Positions 1 to 9,071 of a DNA stretch of 64,000 nucleotides are shown here, piece by piece. The stretch lies in the NCBI GenBank assembly GCA_963724495.1, contig CAVRUZ010000003.1:12815-76814 (forward strand). The letters run 5' to 3'. The stretch is from an uncultured Actinomycetota bacterium (GTDB taxonomy: Bacteria > Actinomycetota > Actinomycetes > Propionibacteriales > DAIQRJ01). The position numbers were made by a program, and so were the translations under genes. The first letter of the stretch is position 1. Each line of letters begins with the position of its first letter. The notes beneath the pieces are model-generated. The model made no database searches. It saw only the letters and a list, made by a program, of their open reading frames with translations, and had not been told where the DNA came from.

Positions 1-1
1 A

Positions 2-376
2 ACCGTCGACGGTCGCGACGTCGGCGAGGCCCTGCACGCGGCCGCCACCGAGTGGGGACGCTCCGTCGGCGACGCGGTCGTGGCGGCTGTAGGTGCTCGC
101 CCAAGTCGGGACCGGCTCGTGAACGCGACCTGCGAAGCACTCACGCGCAACGGCTACGAGCCGCATCAACAGGGCGACCGCATCGAGTTGGGGAACTGTC
201 CCTTTGACACCCTGGCGCGTGCTCACACTCAGCTCATGTGCGGGATGAACCTGGCCGTCCTGGATGCCGTGACCGACCGAGTCCCGAGAATGGGCCTGAC
301 GGCGCAACTCGACCCGTCTCCAGGTCGATGCTGCGTGGTCTTCGAGCCAGCGGAGACCTCAGCGGGCCTCGGCTAG
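2..376 (+). CDS. HTH/ArsR-like (SufR-type) transcriptional regulator, C-terminal part (5' end outside window)
   Basis: Frame is open from base 2. C-terminal NCPF...CGMN...GRCC Cys pattern is typical of this actinobacterial regulator family. Confidence 0.7.
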   Translation, partial: TVDGRDVGEALHAAATEWGRSVGDAVVAAVGARPSRDRLVNATCEALTRNGYEPHQQGDRIELGNCPFDTLARAHTQLMCGMNLAVLDAVTDRVPRMGLTAQLDPSPGRCCVVFEPAETSAGLG

Positions 377-576
377 GCAAACCCCGTCACTTCAGAGCTC
401 GTCACAGCGACTGCCGAAGTCGACTGTCTGATGGGTCGGTGGAATCGATCGTGTCCTGGTTGGACATCACCGGCCACCAGCATTGCTCGACATGTTTGGC
501 CAACTGACACACTCGGACCGTGCAGCACCCCTGGGCCGACGACTGCCATCGATCGCTGACGCGGCGACGGGTGAGC

Positions 577-1179
577 ATGCCCCGCACCAGGCCACGGCGT
601 CCGGCGGCTCGGCGGCTTCGGTTCCTGATCCCCGTCCTCGCCCTCCTGACCGCGACGGCCTGCGCCACGCCGGATTCCCCTGCGGCAACGCGCACGACTC
701 CATCGCCGTCGACGTCCACCTCGACGCCCACGCCCCCGCCCACGTCGGTCAGCACCGTCGTGACCGCCAGCCAGGTCGCTGCCGTCCGCAAGGAGGCGGC
801 CGGGCAGGGGGCGGTGGTGACCTTCGCGCGCACAGATCCCAGCGGCATCGTCGTGGTGCGCCCGGTAGCGGGTCATGGAAGCAAGATCAGCGCACAGTCG
901 CTGGCGACAGTCGTCGAGGCAGAGGGCGATCCCGCGGTCGAGGTGAAGGTGGCGAGCACGGGGATTCGGAGGCAGCGCCTGTCCGCCGAGTTCGAGCGGT
1001 ATGCCGCGAGCCACTCCCGGCCAGGGGTCTACCTCGAGTTCGCCTACCGCAACGACCACTCGGTCTTCACGCTTGCCACCAATGCCCCGGTCGAGTCGCT
1101 GCGTTCCCTGCTGCGCGAACACCGCGACGACCTGGTGGTCACCTACGCCACCCCTGGGTGCCAGGTCTGCGGCGGGTAA
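577..1179 (+). CDS. Putative lipoprotein, hypothetical
   Basis: Arg-rich N-terminus, hydrophobic stretch, TATAC lipobox-like site, Thr/Pro/Ser linker and C-terminal CQVC. Start at ATG 577 is inferred. Confidence 0.6.
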   Translation: MPRTRPRRPAARRLRFLIPVLALLTATACATPDSPAATRTTPSPSTSTSTPTPPPTSVSTVVTASQVAAVRKEAAGQGAVVTFARTDPSGIVVVRPVAGHGSKISAQSLATVVEAEGDPAVEVKVASTGIRRQRLSAEFERYAASHSRPGVYLEFAYRNDHSVFTLATNAPVESLRSLLREHRDDLVVTYATPGCQVCGG

Positions 1180-1204
1180 CACCGGCAGCAGGCAGGATGC
1201 CGCC

Positions 1205-1612
1205 ATGGTGCGTGCGCGCAAGGCCCGGATCGCTGACGTGGATGAGATCGCCCTCGACCTGCCGGAGGTCGAGCAGTCGGAGGGCGAGCGGCCGAGCTAC
1301 TCGGTCAACGGCAAGGTTTTCATCGTCCGTCGCGGTCCGCGCAAGGATGCGATCGATCCGGACACCGGCGAGATGCTCGATGACGTCGTGTACTTCCACT
1401 GCCGCCTGCAGGACAAGGAGGCGATGGTGGCCGACGAGAGCGTGCCCTGGTTCACCACTCCGCACTTCAACGGGTATCCCGCCGTGCTGTTGCGGGAGTC
1501 GAGGATCGGCGAGCTGACCCGCGCGGAACTGGCGGAGGTCATCACCGATGCCTGGCTGATCCGGGCACCGAAGCGGGTCTCGAAGCGCTGGCTCGCCGAC
1601 CAGTCGCGGTAG
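1205..1612 (+). CDS. MmcQ/YjbR family DNA-binding protein
   Basis: ALDLPEV...PSYSVNGKVF...FTTPHFNGYPAVLLR...ELAEVITDAW..RAPKR signature. Confidence 0.85.
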   Translation: MVRARKARIADVDEIALDLPEVEQSEGERPSYSVNGKVFIVRRGPRKDAIDPDTGEMLDDVVYFHCRLQDKEAMVADESVPWFTTPHFNGYPAVLLRESRIGELTRAELAEVITDAWLIRAPKRVSKRWLADQSR

Positions 1613-1678
1613 AGCGGCCCGAGCACACGGCTCGTAATTCGGTCGCTCGCCGCCGGGCACCGACCTAGGCTCCCCGCC

Positions 1679-1822
1679 ATGGGTTGCCGCCGGTTCTTCG
1701 TGATGGTCCGCCGTGCCCGGGGCAGCGTCATCAGGGCAGCGCCATCAGGGCAGCTCATCAAGGGCAGCTTCATCAGGGGCAGGGGCCCGTCGAGCCTGGG
1801 GTTGGCACGCCCTCGAGGCTGA
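1679..1822 (+). CDS. Possible erm leader peptide (MGCRRFFVMVRRARGS..., 47 aa)
   Basis: Short ORF starting at ATG 1679, overlapping the erm start in another frame and containing R-x-R motifs. Translation is not demonstrated. Confidence 0.3.
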   Translation: MGCRRFFVMVRRARGSVIRAAPSGQLIKGSFIRGRGPSSLGLARPRG

Positions 1823-2294
1823 CTGGGCCGATCGCATCGTCCACGACTCGCCGGTACGTGCCGGCGACCTCGTGCTCGACCTGGGCGCAGGCGAGGGTGC
1901 GCTGACCGCACCGCTGGCCGCGACTGGAGCCCGGGTCCTGGCCATCGAGCTGCACGCCGGACGGGCGAAGTGCCTGCGAGAACGATTCGCCGGAACGCGG
2001 GTCACGGTGGTCGAGGTGTCGCTGAGCGATCTCGTGTTGCCGCACCGGCCGTTTCGCGTCGTGGCCAACCCGCCGTTCGACCGGGCGAGTCAGCTCGTGC
2101 GGACGCTGTTGACCTCGCCGCACCTGCTGTCGGCTGACCTCGTCCTCCAACGCGGCGCGGTGCGTGGTCTGCTCGACCGCGCACCCGCCCGCAGTCGCCG
2201 CCATCTGCTCAGCACCGGGCGGCAGGTTCCGCGTCGTGCCTTCCGACCCGCACCACGGGTCGACTCGACGGTCCTGCAGATCCGGCGCCGTTGA
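1713..2294 (+). CDS. erm: 23S rRNA adenine-N6 methyltransferase, short Erm(37)/Erm(41)-like
   Basis: RRAWGWH, VLDLGAGEGALT (SAM binding), AIELH, PFRVVANPPF (catalytic NPPF), AADLVLQRGA and AFRPAPRVDSTVL motifs. It lacks the Erm C-terminal domain, like mycobacterial Erm(37)/Erm(41). Confidence 0.85.
   Translation: MPGAASSGQRHQGSSSRAASSGAGARRAWGWHALEADWADRIVHDSPVRAGDLVLDLGAGEGALTAPLAATGARVLAIELHAGRAKCLRERFAGTRVTVVEVSLSDLVLPHRPFRVVANPPFDRASQLVRTLLTSPHLLSADLVLQRGAVRGLLDRAPARSRRHLLSTGRQVPRRAFRPAPRVDSTVLQIRRR
1720..1775 (+). repeat. Four tandem 14-bp repeats (GGGCAGC-nnCATCA type) in the 5' end of erm
   Basis: gggcagcgtcatca/gggcagcgccatca/gggcagctcatcaa/gggcagcttcatca read directly. Confidence 0.9.
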
Positions 2295-2309
2295 CGGTCC
2301 GAGCCATCG

Positions 2310-4418
2310 TCAGGCCGGCGGAACCAGCCCGGTGTGGTGAGCCGCGAACGCCAGCGCGTCCGCCCACTCGGCCGCCACCATCGCGGTGGGCTTGCCCATG
2401 CCGTGTCCCGTCGACGTCTCGATGCGCGCCAGCACCGGACGGTCGGCGGCCTGGGCCGCCTGCAGGGTGGCCGTGAACTTGTGGCTGTGCAGAGGAACGA
2501 CGCGGTCGTCGTGGTCGCCGGTGAGGACGAGCGTCGCCGGATACCTGGTCCCCGGACGCACGTTGTGCAACGGCGAGTACTTCAGCGCGTTCGCGAACTC
2601 GGCCTCCACGTCGGGGTTGCCGTAGTCGGAGATCCAAGCTGCGCCGATGGTGAACTTGTGGAAGCGCAGGATGTCGAGCACGCCGACCCCTGGGATCGCC
2701 ACGGCCGCGAGATCGGGCCGCTGGGTCATCACCGCACCCACGAGCAGACCGCCATTGCTGCGGCCATGGATCGCCAGCTGGGCGGGAGTGGTGACGCCAG
2801 TCTCGCTCAGGTGCTCACCAACGGCGATGAAGTCGTCGAAGACGTGCTGCTTGTTCGCGAGGCGACCGTCCTCGTACCACTCGGTCCCGTACTCGCCGCC
2901 ACCACGAAGGTTGGCGATCGCGACCACTCCGCCGGCTGCCAGCCAGCCGGCGAACCCCGCCGAATAGTTCGCCAGTACAGGGATCTTGAACCCGCCATAG
3001 CCGTAGAGCAGGGTCGGCCGGGGACCGTCCGCGGGCGAATCAGTGGAGCGGATCAAGAAGTAGGGGACCTGCGTCCCGTCGGCGCTGGTTGCCCGCCGGC
3101 GTTCCGTCGTGATCTCCGGCGGGACGAAGGTCGACGTCCCCTGCGGCACCAGATCGGCAAGATCGCGGAGTTCGCCGGTCGAGGCCGAGAATCCGTAAGC
3201 CTGGATGGGAGTCGTGACCGTCGAGAGCCCAAGGAAGCCTTCGTCGTCACCCTCCCGGCAGTCCCAGCCGGCGATGGCACCTGCGCCGATTTCCAGTTGT
3301 TCGGCATCCTGACCGTGCCGGTGCAGCGCGACAACCGGCTGGGCATCCGCCAGGGAGATGGTCACCAGGGCATCGGCGGCTGCCGCAACCCCCGCGATGG
3401 TGTCGTCGCCGGACGGGACGGCCTCGACAAGCTCGGGCAGCCCGCTTCCCTGATACGCATCGAGGTCGACCATCACCACCCGGCCGCGTGGAGCGTCGAG
3501 GTCGGTGAAGAAGTACAGGTTCGTTCCGTCGGCCGCGATGTAGCCGAACTCGGCGATGGGCTCGTCGAACAGCTTGATCGGTTCGCCAAGCCTGCTGACC
3601 CCGTCGGTTGAGTCGATCCTGTACACCCACACGCGGTTCTTGCTCTCGGTGCCCTCCGCGATCGAGACGACGGCGTAGTGGTGGTCCTCACTGATCTGCA
3701 CCCAGGGCAACAGCTGGTCGTTCTCCGGGAAGTGCAGGACCAGGTCGTCCTCGGACTGGTGGGTGCCGAGTCGGTGCAGCATCAGGCGCCCGCCACCGAG
3801 GGCTGCAGTGGTCGTCCCATCGGCCCGTCCACTGTCCGGAAAGCTCAGGTACAGATAGGAATTGTTGTCCGGCAGCCAGCTCGGCAGGCTGAACTTGGTC
3901 TGGTCGACGACATCGTCGGTGTCCTCGCCGGTGGCGACGTCGCGGATCCGGAACGTGTGCCAGTCGCTGCCACCCTCGCTCACGGCGTAGGCGAGGAAGC
4001 GGCCGTCGGGGGAAACGGAGAAGCCGGAGACCGACGTGGTGCCGTCGGTCGACAGGGTGTTGGGGTCGAGGATCACCCGGCCGCCGGCAAGCAGCGCATC
4101 GATGCTGTCGGCCACGAACCACACGTCCTGGTTCTGGGTTCCGTCGTTGCGGCTGACGAAGTACCAGCCCGACTTCTTCTCCGGCACTCCTGCGCGAGGA
4201 CGGTGCAGGATCGCGGACAGCGTGTCGGTGAACCACTGGCGGTGTGGCAACGCGGCGAGGTGCGACTGGGTGACCTCGTTCTGGCGGCGGACCCACTCGG
4301 CTGTGTCGCTCGAGTCGGCATCCTCGAGCCACCGGTACGGATCGGCGATCTTCGTGCCGAAGTGGTCTTCGACGACGTCGTCCCGACGGGTCTGCGGGTA
4401 CGAGATCTCTGCGGTCAT
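2310..4418 (-). CDS. Prolyl oligopeptidase (peptidase S9A)
   Basis: IADPYRWLED, LLYGYGGF, GRSNGG (catalytic Ser), DHDDRVVP and GHG motifs. GAGGAG RBS before ATG 4418. Confidence 0.95.
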   Translation of the reverse strand: MTAEISYPQTRRDDVVEDHFGTKIADPYRWLEDADSSDTAEWVRRQNEVTQSHLAALPHRQWFTDTLSAILHRPRAGVPEKKSGWYFVSRNDGTQNQDVWFVADSIDALLAGGRVILDPNTLSTDGTTSVSGFSVSPDGRFLAYAVSEGGSDWHTFRIRDVATGEDTDDVVDQTKFSLPSWLPDNNSYLYLSFPDSGRADGTTTAALGGGRLMLHRLGTHQSEDDLVLHFPENDQLLPWVQISEDHHYAVVSIAEGTESKNRVWVYRIDSTDGVSRLGEPIKLFDEPIAEFGYIAADGTNLYFFTDLDAPRGRVVMVDLDAYQGSGLPELVEAVPSGDDTIAGVAAAADALVTISLADAQPVVALHRHGQDAEQLEIGAGAIAGWDCREGDDEGFLGLSTVTTPIQAYGFSASTGELRDLADLVPQGTSTFVPPEITTERRRATSADGTQVPYFLIRSTDSPADGPRPTLLYGYGGFKIPVLANYSAGFAGWLAAGGVVAIANLRGGGEYGTEWYEDGRLANKQHVFDDFIAVGEHLSETGVTTPAQLAIHGRSNGGLLVGAVMTQRPDLAAVAIPGVGVLDILRFHKFTIGAAWISDYGNPDVEAEFANALKYSPLHNVRPGTRYPATLVLTGDHDDRVVPLHSHKFTATLQAAQAADRPVLARIETSTGHGMGKPTAMVAAEWADALAFAAHHTGLVPPA

Positions 4419-4552
4419 GGCTCTCCTCGACACAGCCGGGCAGGTCGCGGTCACCCTAGCGAGCGGTGCGACGAGGCGACACGCATTACCAGGCGGCCCG
4501 GATCGCAGGCAGCGACCGGAATATCCGAACGCACGGGCCGGTTGCCAGCACC

Positions 4553-4972
4553 ATGAGCGACGACGCGTTGAAGGCCTTGCTGGCATCGACCCACGGCGGA
4601 GTCCTGGTGACTCTGAAGCGTGACGGCAGGCCGCAGCTGTCGAACGTCGGGCACACCTACGACCCGGCGACCGGCCTGTTGCGGGTCTCCGTGCGCGAAC
4701 CTCTGGCCAAGACGAAGAACCTCCGCAGGGACCCCCGCGCCAGCTACCACGTGACCAGCCGGAACTTCCGCAGCTGGGTGGTGGGCGAGGGAATCGCCGA
4801 ACTCACGCCGGTGGCAGCCGACCCCCACGACGACACCGTCGAGGAGCTCATCGACGTCTACCGCGCCATCGCCGGTGAACATCCCGACTGGGACGACTAT
4901 CGGACCGCGATGGTCCGGGAGGCTCGCGTGGTGGTGAAGCTGCCGATCACGCACGTGTACGGCACGGCCTGA
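4553..4972 (+). CDS. PPOX-class F420-dependent oxidoreductase
   Basis: GVLVTLKRDGRPQLSNV, KTKNLRRDPR and GEHPDWDDYRTAMV motifs. Confidence 0.9.
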   Translation: MSDDALKALLASTHGGVLVTLKRDGRPQLSNVGHTYDPATGLLRVSVREPLAKTKNLRRDPRASYHVTSRNFRSWVVGEGIAELTPVAADPHDDTVEELIDVYRAIAGEHPDWDDYRTAMVREARVVVKLPITHVYGTA

Positions 4973-5003
4973 CACGCTCGCGAGTGCGTCTGCCGAGGCC
5001 CGG

Positions 5004-5645
5004 CTAGATGATGCCGGCCGAGTCCCCGTCGACCACGTACACCTGACCGTCGCGTAGGCCGATGTAGGGCACGCCGTCGCGCTCGTAGCCAGCGGCCACC
5101 TGTTCGAGGATCGCGCTCTCGGGATGAGCGGGTGTCGCGAGATGCGGCACCACGGCACGGTCGAGAACACCGAGACCGTCCGACCTGGCCTGCTCGCCAT
5201 ACAGCCGCAGCACCTCGCCTGTGTCGTCGCATCGCTCCAGACCCGCCAGCGACGGCGCCAGCACACACGGTCCGGCGCTGTAGCCCGCGTAGGCGACCGC
5301 ATCCGATGTCAGGAGATCGCGGATGACCGCGTCGGCGTCTGCGCGCCAGATCGCATGTCGCAGCGTGAAGACGTTTCCTCCCCGGACCCACACCACACCG
5401 ACCTCGGCCAGTCGGCCGCCGAGCTCCTCGCCGCGGCCGGCGAAATCGCGGAGGTCGACCTCGTGGGCGTCGAAGCCGAGTTCTGCGAGCGCTTCCAGTT
5501 CCCGCGCCACTGACGCCGCCCGGTCGGCCGGGAGCTGGCCGTCGCAGGCGTTCGCGACCACGGCGGCCGTCGGCAGTCCTCGAGCGAGCTCGACCAGACG
5601 ATCGGGATGGTCGCCGATGCGGAACGAGGACAGGTACAGGCGCAC
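5004..5645 (-). CDS. Peptidase S51 (dipeptidase E-like)
   Basis: RLYLSSFRIG, VWVRGGNVFTL, YAGYSAG (nucleophile) and VVPH motifs. Confidence 0.85.
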   Translation of the reverse strand: MRLYLSSFRIGDHPDRLVELARGLPTAAVVANACDGQLPADRAASVARELEALAELGFDAHEVDLRDFAGRGEELGGRLAEVGVVWVRGGNVFTLRHAIWRADADAVIRDLLTSDAVAYAGYSAGPCVLAPSLAGLERCDDTGEVLRLYGEQARSDGLGVLDRAVVPHLATPAHPESAILEQVAAGYERDGVPYIGLRDGQVYVVDGDSAGII

Positions 5646-5742
5646 GCCCCGAACCCTGCCACCGCGGCTCGTGTCGTTCGCGGCGGCGGCGGCCTCGCCG
5701 GCTTCGCCGACGGGAATACCGCTCCTTTGGGACAATCAAGGA

Positions 5743-7443
5743 ATGCCCTCGCTCCGGAGCCGCCTGGACGGCCTGACCGGACCCGCGCGGGGAGCTCTGC
5801 GGGCTGTGCACGCAACATCTAGTCGACTCGGCGCCTGGTCCAGAGAGCACGGTGTCGAGCGCTGGCTGCGACGGGTCCTGTTCGTGGTCGTGTTGGTCGT
5901 CCTGTGCCATCTGGGCGGTGCGGTGGCGACGAGTGTGTTCCCAGGCCAGGCGGAGACCGACCACTACCGTGCCGAGGCCAGCCTCGACATCGCCCCCTGG
6001 CAGACCTCGCGGCTCCGGGCGTTCACCACCGTCGGCGACACCACCATCGACTTCCGGTCGAGCATCCCTGCGCCGGGGATCGAATTCAGGCCGCAGGTGA
6101 AGATGTCGCTGCTGGACTCAGTCGCAGCCGAGAGATCGCAGTCGACCCCTCAGCAGGCACTGGTCCCGTCCACCGCCGAGGTCGAACAGGCCGCGCGCGC
6201 ACTCGTGGGATCGCTGGCCGTCCGCTACCTCGTCGGCGCCCTGGTGGTGGCGCTCGCGCTGATCGCGGCACATGGACTGCGCCGGCGGACGTGGCGCCTG
6301 CACCATGTGATCACTCCGATCTCGGCGGTCGTCATCGCCGCGCTGCTCACCGGGGCCAGCTGCGCCTACGTGTACCGGCCGGACCAGGTGGCCAGCTACA
6401 AGTCCACCGAACTCCTCGCGGCTGTCCAGGCGAGCCCCGCCGTGCTCAGCCAGATCGAGGAGCGAGCCGGTCAGGTAGGTCCCTACATCACGAACTGGCT
6501 GACGTTGCAGCGCACGCTCCAGGACCGCTTCGTCACCACCGAGACAACCCTGGCCGACAGCGTTCGCTTCCTGCTGATCTCGGACGTGCACGGCACCAAC
6601 GAGTACGCCGTGGTGAAGAAGATCATTCAGGAGGAGAACATCAGCGCCGTCATCGACTCAGGTGACCTCATCAACTTCGGACAGGTGGAGGAAGGCGAGC
6701 TCTCCCAGGTATTCAAGGGCATTCGTGGCCTCGGGGTTCCGTACCTGTTCGTCGACGGCAATCACGACGCGGCGTCGATCACCGACCACAGGCTGCTCGA
6801 CCGGATGGCCGAGATCCCGAACGTGTTTCTCCTGCAACCCAACGACGCCACCTACAGCGTGGTCTCGATCGGAGGGGTGCGGGTCGCAGGACTGAACGAC
6901 CCGCGCTACTACGGCGACGACAACGACCCTGGCAGGGACGAGAAGCCCGCAGCGGTGAACTTCGACGCGTCGATGCAAGGCGTGCCGGATCTGGATCTCG
7001 CGGTTGCTCACGAACCCACGGCCGCCGAGGCTGTGACCGCGGGCCGGCTGCGCATCAACGGGCACATGCACACGGCCGCACTCGCGGACCGTCGGATCCA
7101 GGTTGGAACCCTCACGGGGGGTGGCCTGATGAGCCACTTCCGCAACTCGTTGCCGGAGGACGGCGAGCTCGGCGGTCAGCCGCAGGCGTTCGACATCCTG
7201 AGGTTCAACGCCGACTGCACGGTGAATTCCCTGCAGCGGTTCGTCTTCTCCGACCTGATCGAGGGCTCACCCAAGTACGACAGCATCAGCGTGGTGAACG
7301 GTGCCACGCTCAAGGCGCCCCGTCCGTCGCCCGGACGTTCGTGCACGCTCGAGGGAAGCCCGCTCGTCGACACGGTGCCGGCCCGGACGGTCGACGACAG
7401 CGCGGCGGTGGCGCCTGCCGAGGAGCAACCGAAGCCGGACTGA
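5743..7443 (+). CDS. Membrane-anchored metallophosphoesterase (calcineurin-like)
   Basis: Three hydrophobic segments followed by ISDVHG, DSGD, GNHD, AHEP and GHMH metal-binding motifs. Confidence 0.85.
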   Translation: MPSLRSRLDGLTGPARGALRAVHATSSRLGAWSREHGVERWLRRVLFVVVLVVLCHLGGAVATSVFPGQAETDHYRAEASLDIAPWQTSRLRAFTTVGDTTIDFRSSIPAPGIEFRPQVKMSLLDSVAAERSQSTPQQALVPSTAEVEQAARALVGSLAVRYLVGALVVALALIAAHGLRRRTWRLHHVITPISAVVIAALLTGASCAYVYRPDQVASYKSTELLAAVQASPAVLSQIEERAGQVGPYITNWLTLQRTLQDRFVTTETTLADSVRFLLISDVHGTNEYAVVKKIIQEENISAVIDSGDLINFGQVEEGELSQVFKGIRGLGVPYLFVDGNHDAASITDHRLLDRMAEIPNVFLLQPNDATYSVVSIGGVRVAGLNDPRYYGDDNDPGRDEKPAAVNFDASMQGVPDLDLAVAHEPTAAEAVTAGRLRINGHMHTAALADRRIQVGTLTGGGLMSHFRNSLPEDGELGGQPQAFDILRFNADCTVNSLQRFVFSDLIEGSPKYDSISVVNGATLKAPRPSPGRSCTLEGSPLVDTVPARTVDDSAAVAPAEEQPKPD

Positions 7444-7487
7444 GGAATCGCTTCCGGCCAGTCGGTAGATCGATTCCGGACCGGACG

Positions 7488-7523
7488 TGCTCGAGGCCGC
7501 CCCAAGTGGAGCGGCCTCGAGCA
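7488..7523. terminator. GC-rich hairpin between convergent genes (probable bidirectional terminator)
   Basis: tgctcgaggccgc-N10-gcggcctcgagca, a perfect 13-bp stem. Confidence 0.7.
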
Positions 7524-7574
7524 GTGAGGCTTGTCGTCGATGTGGCTGTTGCCGGTCAGGACCGGCCCTTCGCA

Positions 7575-8303
7575 TCAGTCCGCGTCCCCGTCGTCGGCCA
7601 TTGCCTCGGCCTCGGCGTCGGTCTCGGGCAGCACCGCGTCGGGGTCTTCGATGGTTCCGTCAGCGGCAGTGGCTGCCGCGGCACCCGAGGTGGTGGTCGC
7701 GGCGGGCGCCGGAGCGGCGCTCGGGCGCGGCGGCGTGTAGGTGGTACCGGACGGGGTCTGCCAGCCCGAGGACTTGCTCTCGCCGGTCAGGTACTTGTAG
7801 GCCAGCGCGACCAGCCCGGCGATCCCGGAGACGACCAGCAGGTTGCGGCCGACGTGGCGCTTCTTCTTCGGTGCCTCGACCTCGCCCTTCAGTGCGGCGA
7901 GAGCAGCACCGCCACGCCTGGCGGCCTCTTCGCGATAGGGAGCGCTCGCGGCCAGCGCACCGGTGAGCGCGGCACCCACGCGCGGCACGACATCGTCCAC
8001 CAGCTTGTCCCGCGCGATCTCGACGCGCGGAGCGACATGGTCATGGGCCACGTCGCCGGCGCGCGATCTCGCCTGCTCGATCAGCGGTGCGGCCTTCTCC
8101 CACGCGGCGCTCAGCGCCGGCTCGGCGGCATGCCGGGCAGCCTGGGCAGCTGGGACCACGCGCCCGCTTGCAACGTCGAACAACGGCACGGAGCGGTCGG
8201 CTGCTGCCTGTGCTGCACGCTTGGCGGCATCGGCCGCTGCGTCTGCGCTGGCGCTGACCTGGTCGGCGACTGCCTGCGACCTGCTCTTGTTTCGCTTGAA
8301 CAC
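7575..8303 (-). CDS. DUF5324-like Ala-rich membrane-anchored protein
   Basis: PYREEAARRGGAALAALKGEV motif and single TM segment. Divergent from ppiA as in other actinobacteria. Confidence 0.65.
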   Translation of the reverse strand: MFKRNKSRSQAVADQVSASADAAADAAKRAAQAAADRSVPLFDVASGRVVPAAQAARHAAEPALSAAWEKAAPLIEQARSRAGDVAHDHVAPRVEIARDKLVDDVVPRVGAALTGALAASAPYREEAARRGGAALAALKGEVEAPKKKRHVGRNLLVVSGIAGLVALAYKYLTGESKSSGWQTPSGTTYTPPRPSAAPAPAATTTSGAAAATAADGTIEDPDAVLPETDAEAEAMADDGDAD

Positions 8304-8505
8304 TTTGGCCTCCCGATTGGCTGGCCCATACCTTACGACCTACGGCGACCTCTCGATCCCCGGTCCCACTGACGACGGCTCGCCACTGGCAGATGCAGTC
8401 GTTGATCCGAGCCGGTGTGCGGCGGCATGGCAGGATCGGTGCGATCACCACCGCCGCTACAACCGCTGCACCCTGCACGCGCCACCCACGTCGAGGAGAC
8501 ACCGA

Positions 8506-9045
8506 GTGAGTAACGACCTGTACGCCACGCTGCGCACCAGCGAGGGCGACATCGTGATCCAGCTGCTGCCCAACCACGCCCCCAAGACCGTGAAGAATTT
8601 CACCGGGCTGGCCGACGGCAGCCGGGAGTGGACGGATGAGCAGACCGGCGAGACCCAGACCGGCAAGCGGTTCTACGACGGACTCGGCTTCCACCGGGTC
8701 ATCTCGGACTTCATGCTCCAAGGTGGCTGTCCACTCGGCACCGGCACCGGCGGGCCCGGCTACACCTTCGACGACGAGATCCACCCGGAACTGAGCTTCA
8801 ACGAGCCGTACGTGCTCGCGATGGCCAACGCTGGAAAGCGGGCCGGCAAGGGCACGAACGGCTCGCAGTTCTTCATCACCACGGTTCCGACGCAGTGGCT
8901 CCAGGGCAAGCACACGATCTTCGGCAAGGTCGCCGACGAGCAGAGCAAGGCGGTCGTGGACAAGATCAACAAGGTGCCGACCGACAGCGGTGACCGCCCG
9001 CTCGAGCCCGTGGTGATCCTCGGCATCGACATCGACGAGCGCTGA
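8506..9045 (+). CDS. ppiA: Cyclophilin-type peptidyl-prolyl isomerase
   Basis: HAPKTVKNF, FYDGLGFHRVI, GGPGYTFDDE, LAMANAG, TNGSQFFIT and HTIFG motifs. RBS before GTG 8506. Confidence 0.95.
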   Translation: MSNDLYATLRTSEGDIVIQLLPNHAPKTVKNFTGLADGSREWTDEQTGETQTGKRFYDGLGFHRVISDFMLQGGCPLGTGTGGPGYTFDDEIHPELSFNEPYVLAMANAGKRAGKGTNGSQFFITTVPTQWLQGKHTIFGKVADEQSKAVVDKINKVPTDSGDRPLEPVVILGIDIDER

Positions 9046-9071
9046 ACCGCTCCGACCAGTAGCAGACGTCG

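Noticed and set aside
1720-1775. CRISPR array (also considered for 27746-27799 and 59781-59835)
   Set aside because: The units are short, directly tandem and have no spacers, and no cas genes are present.
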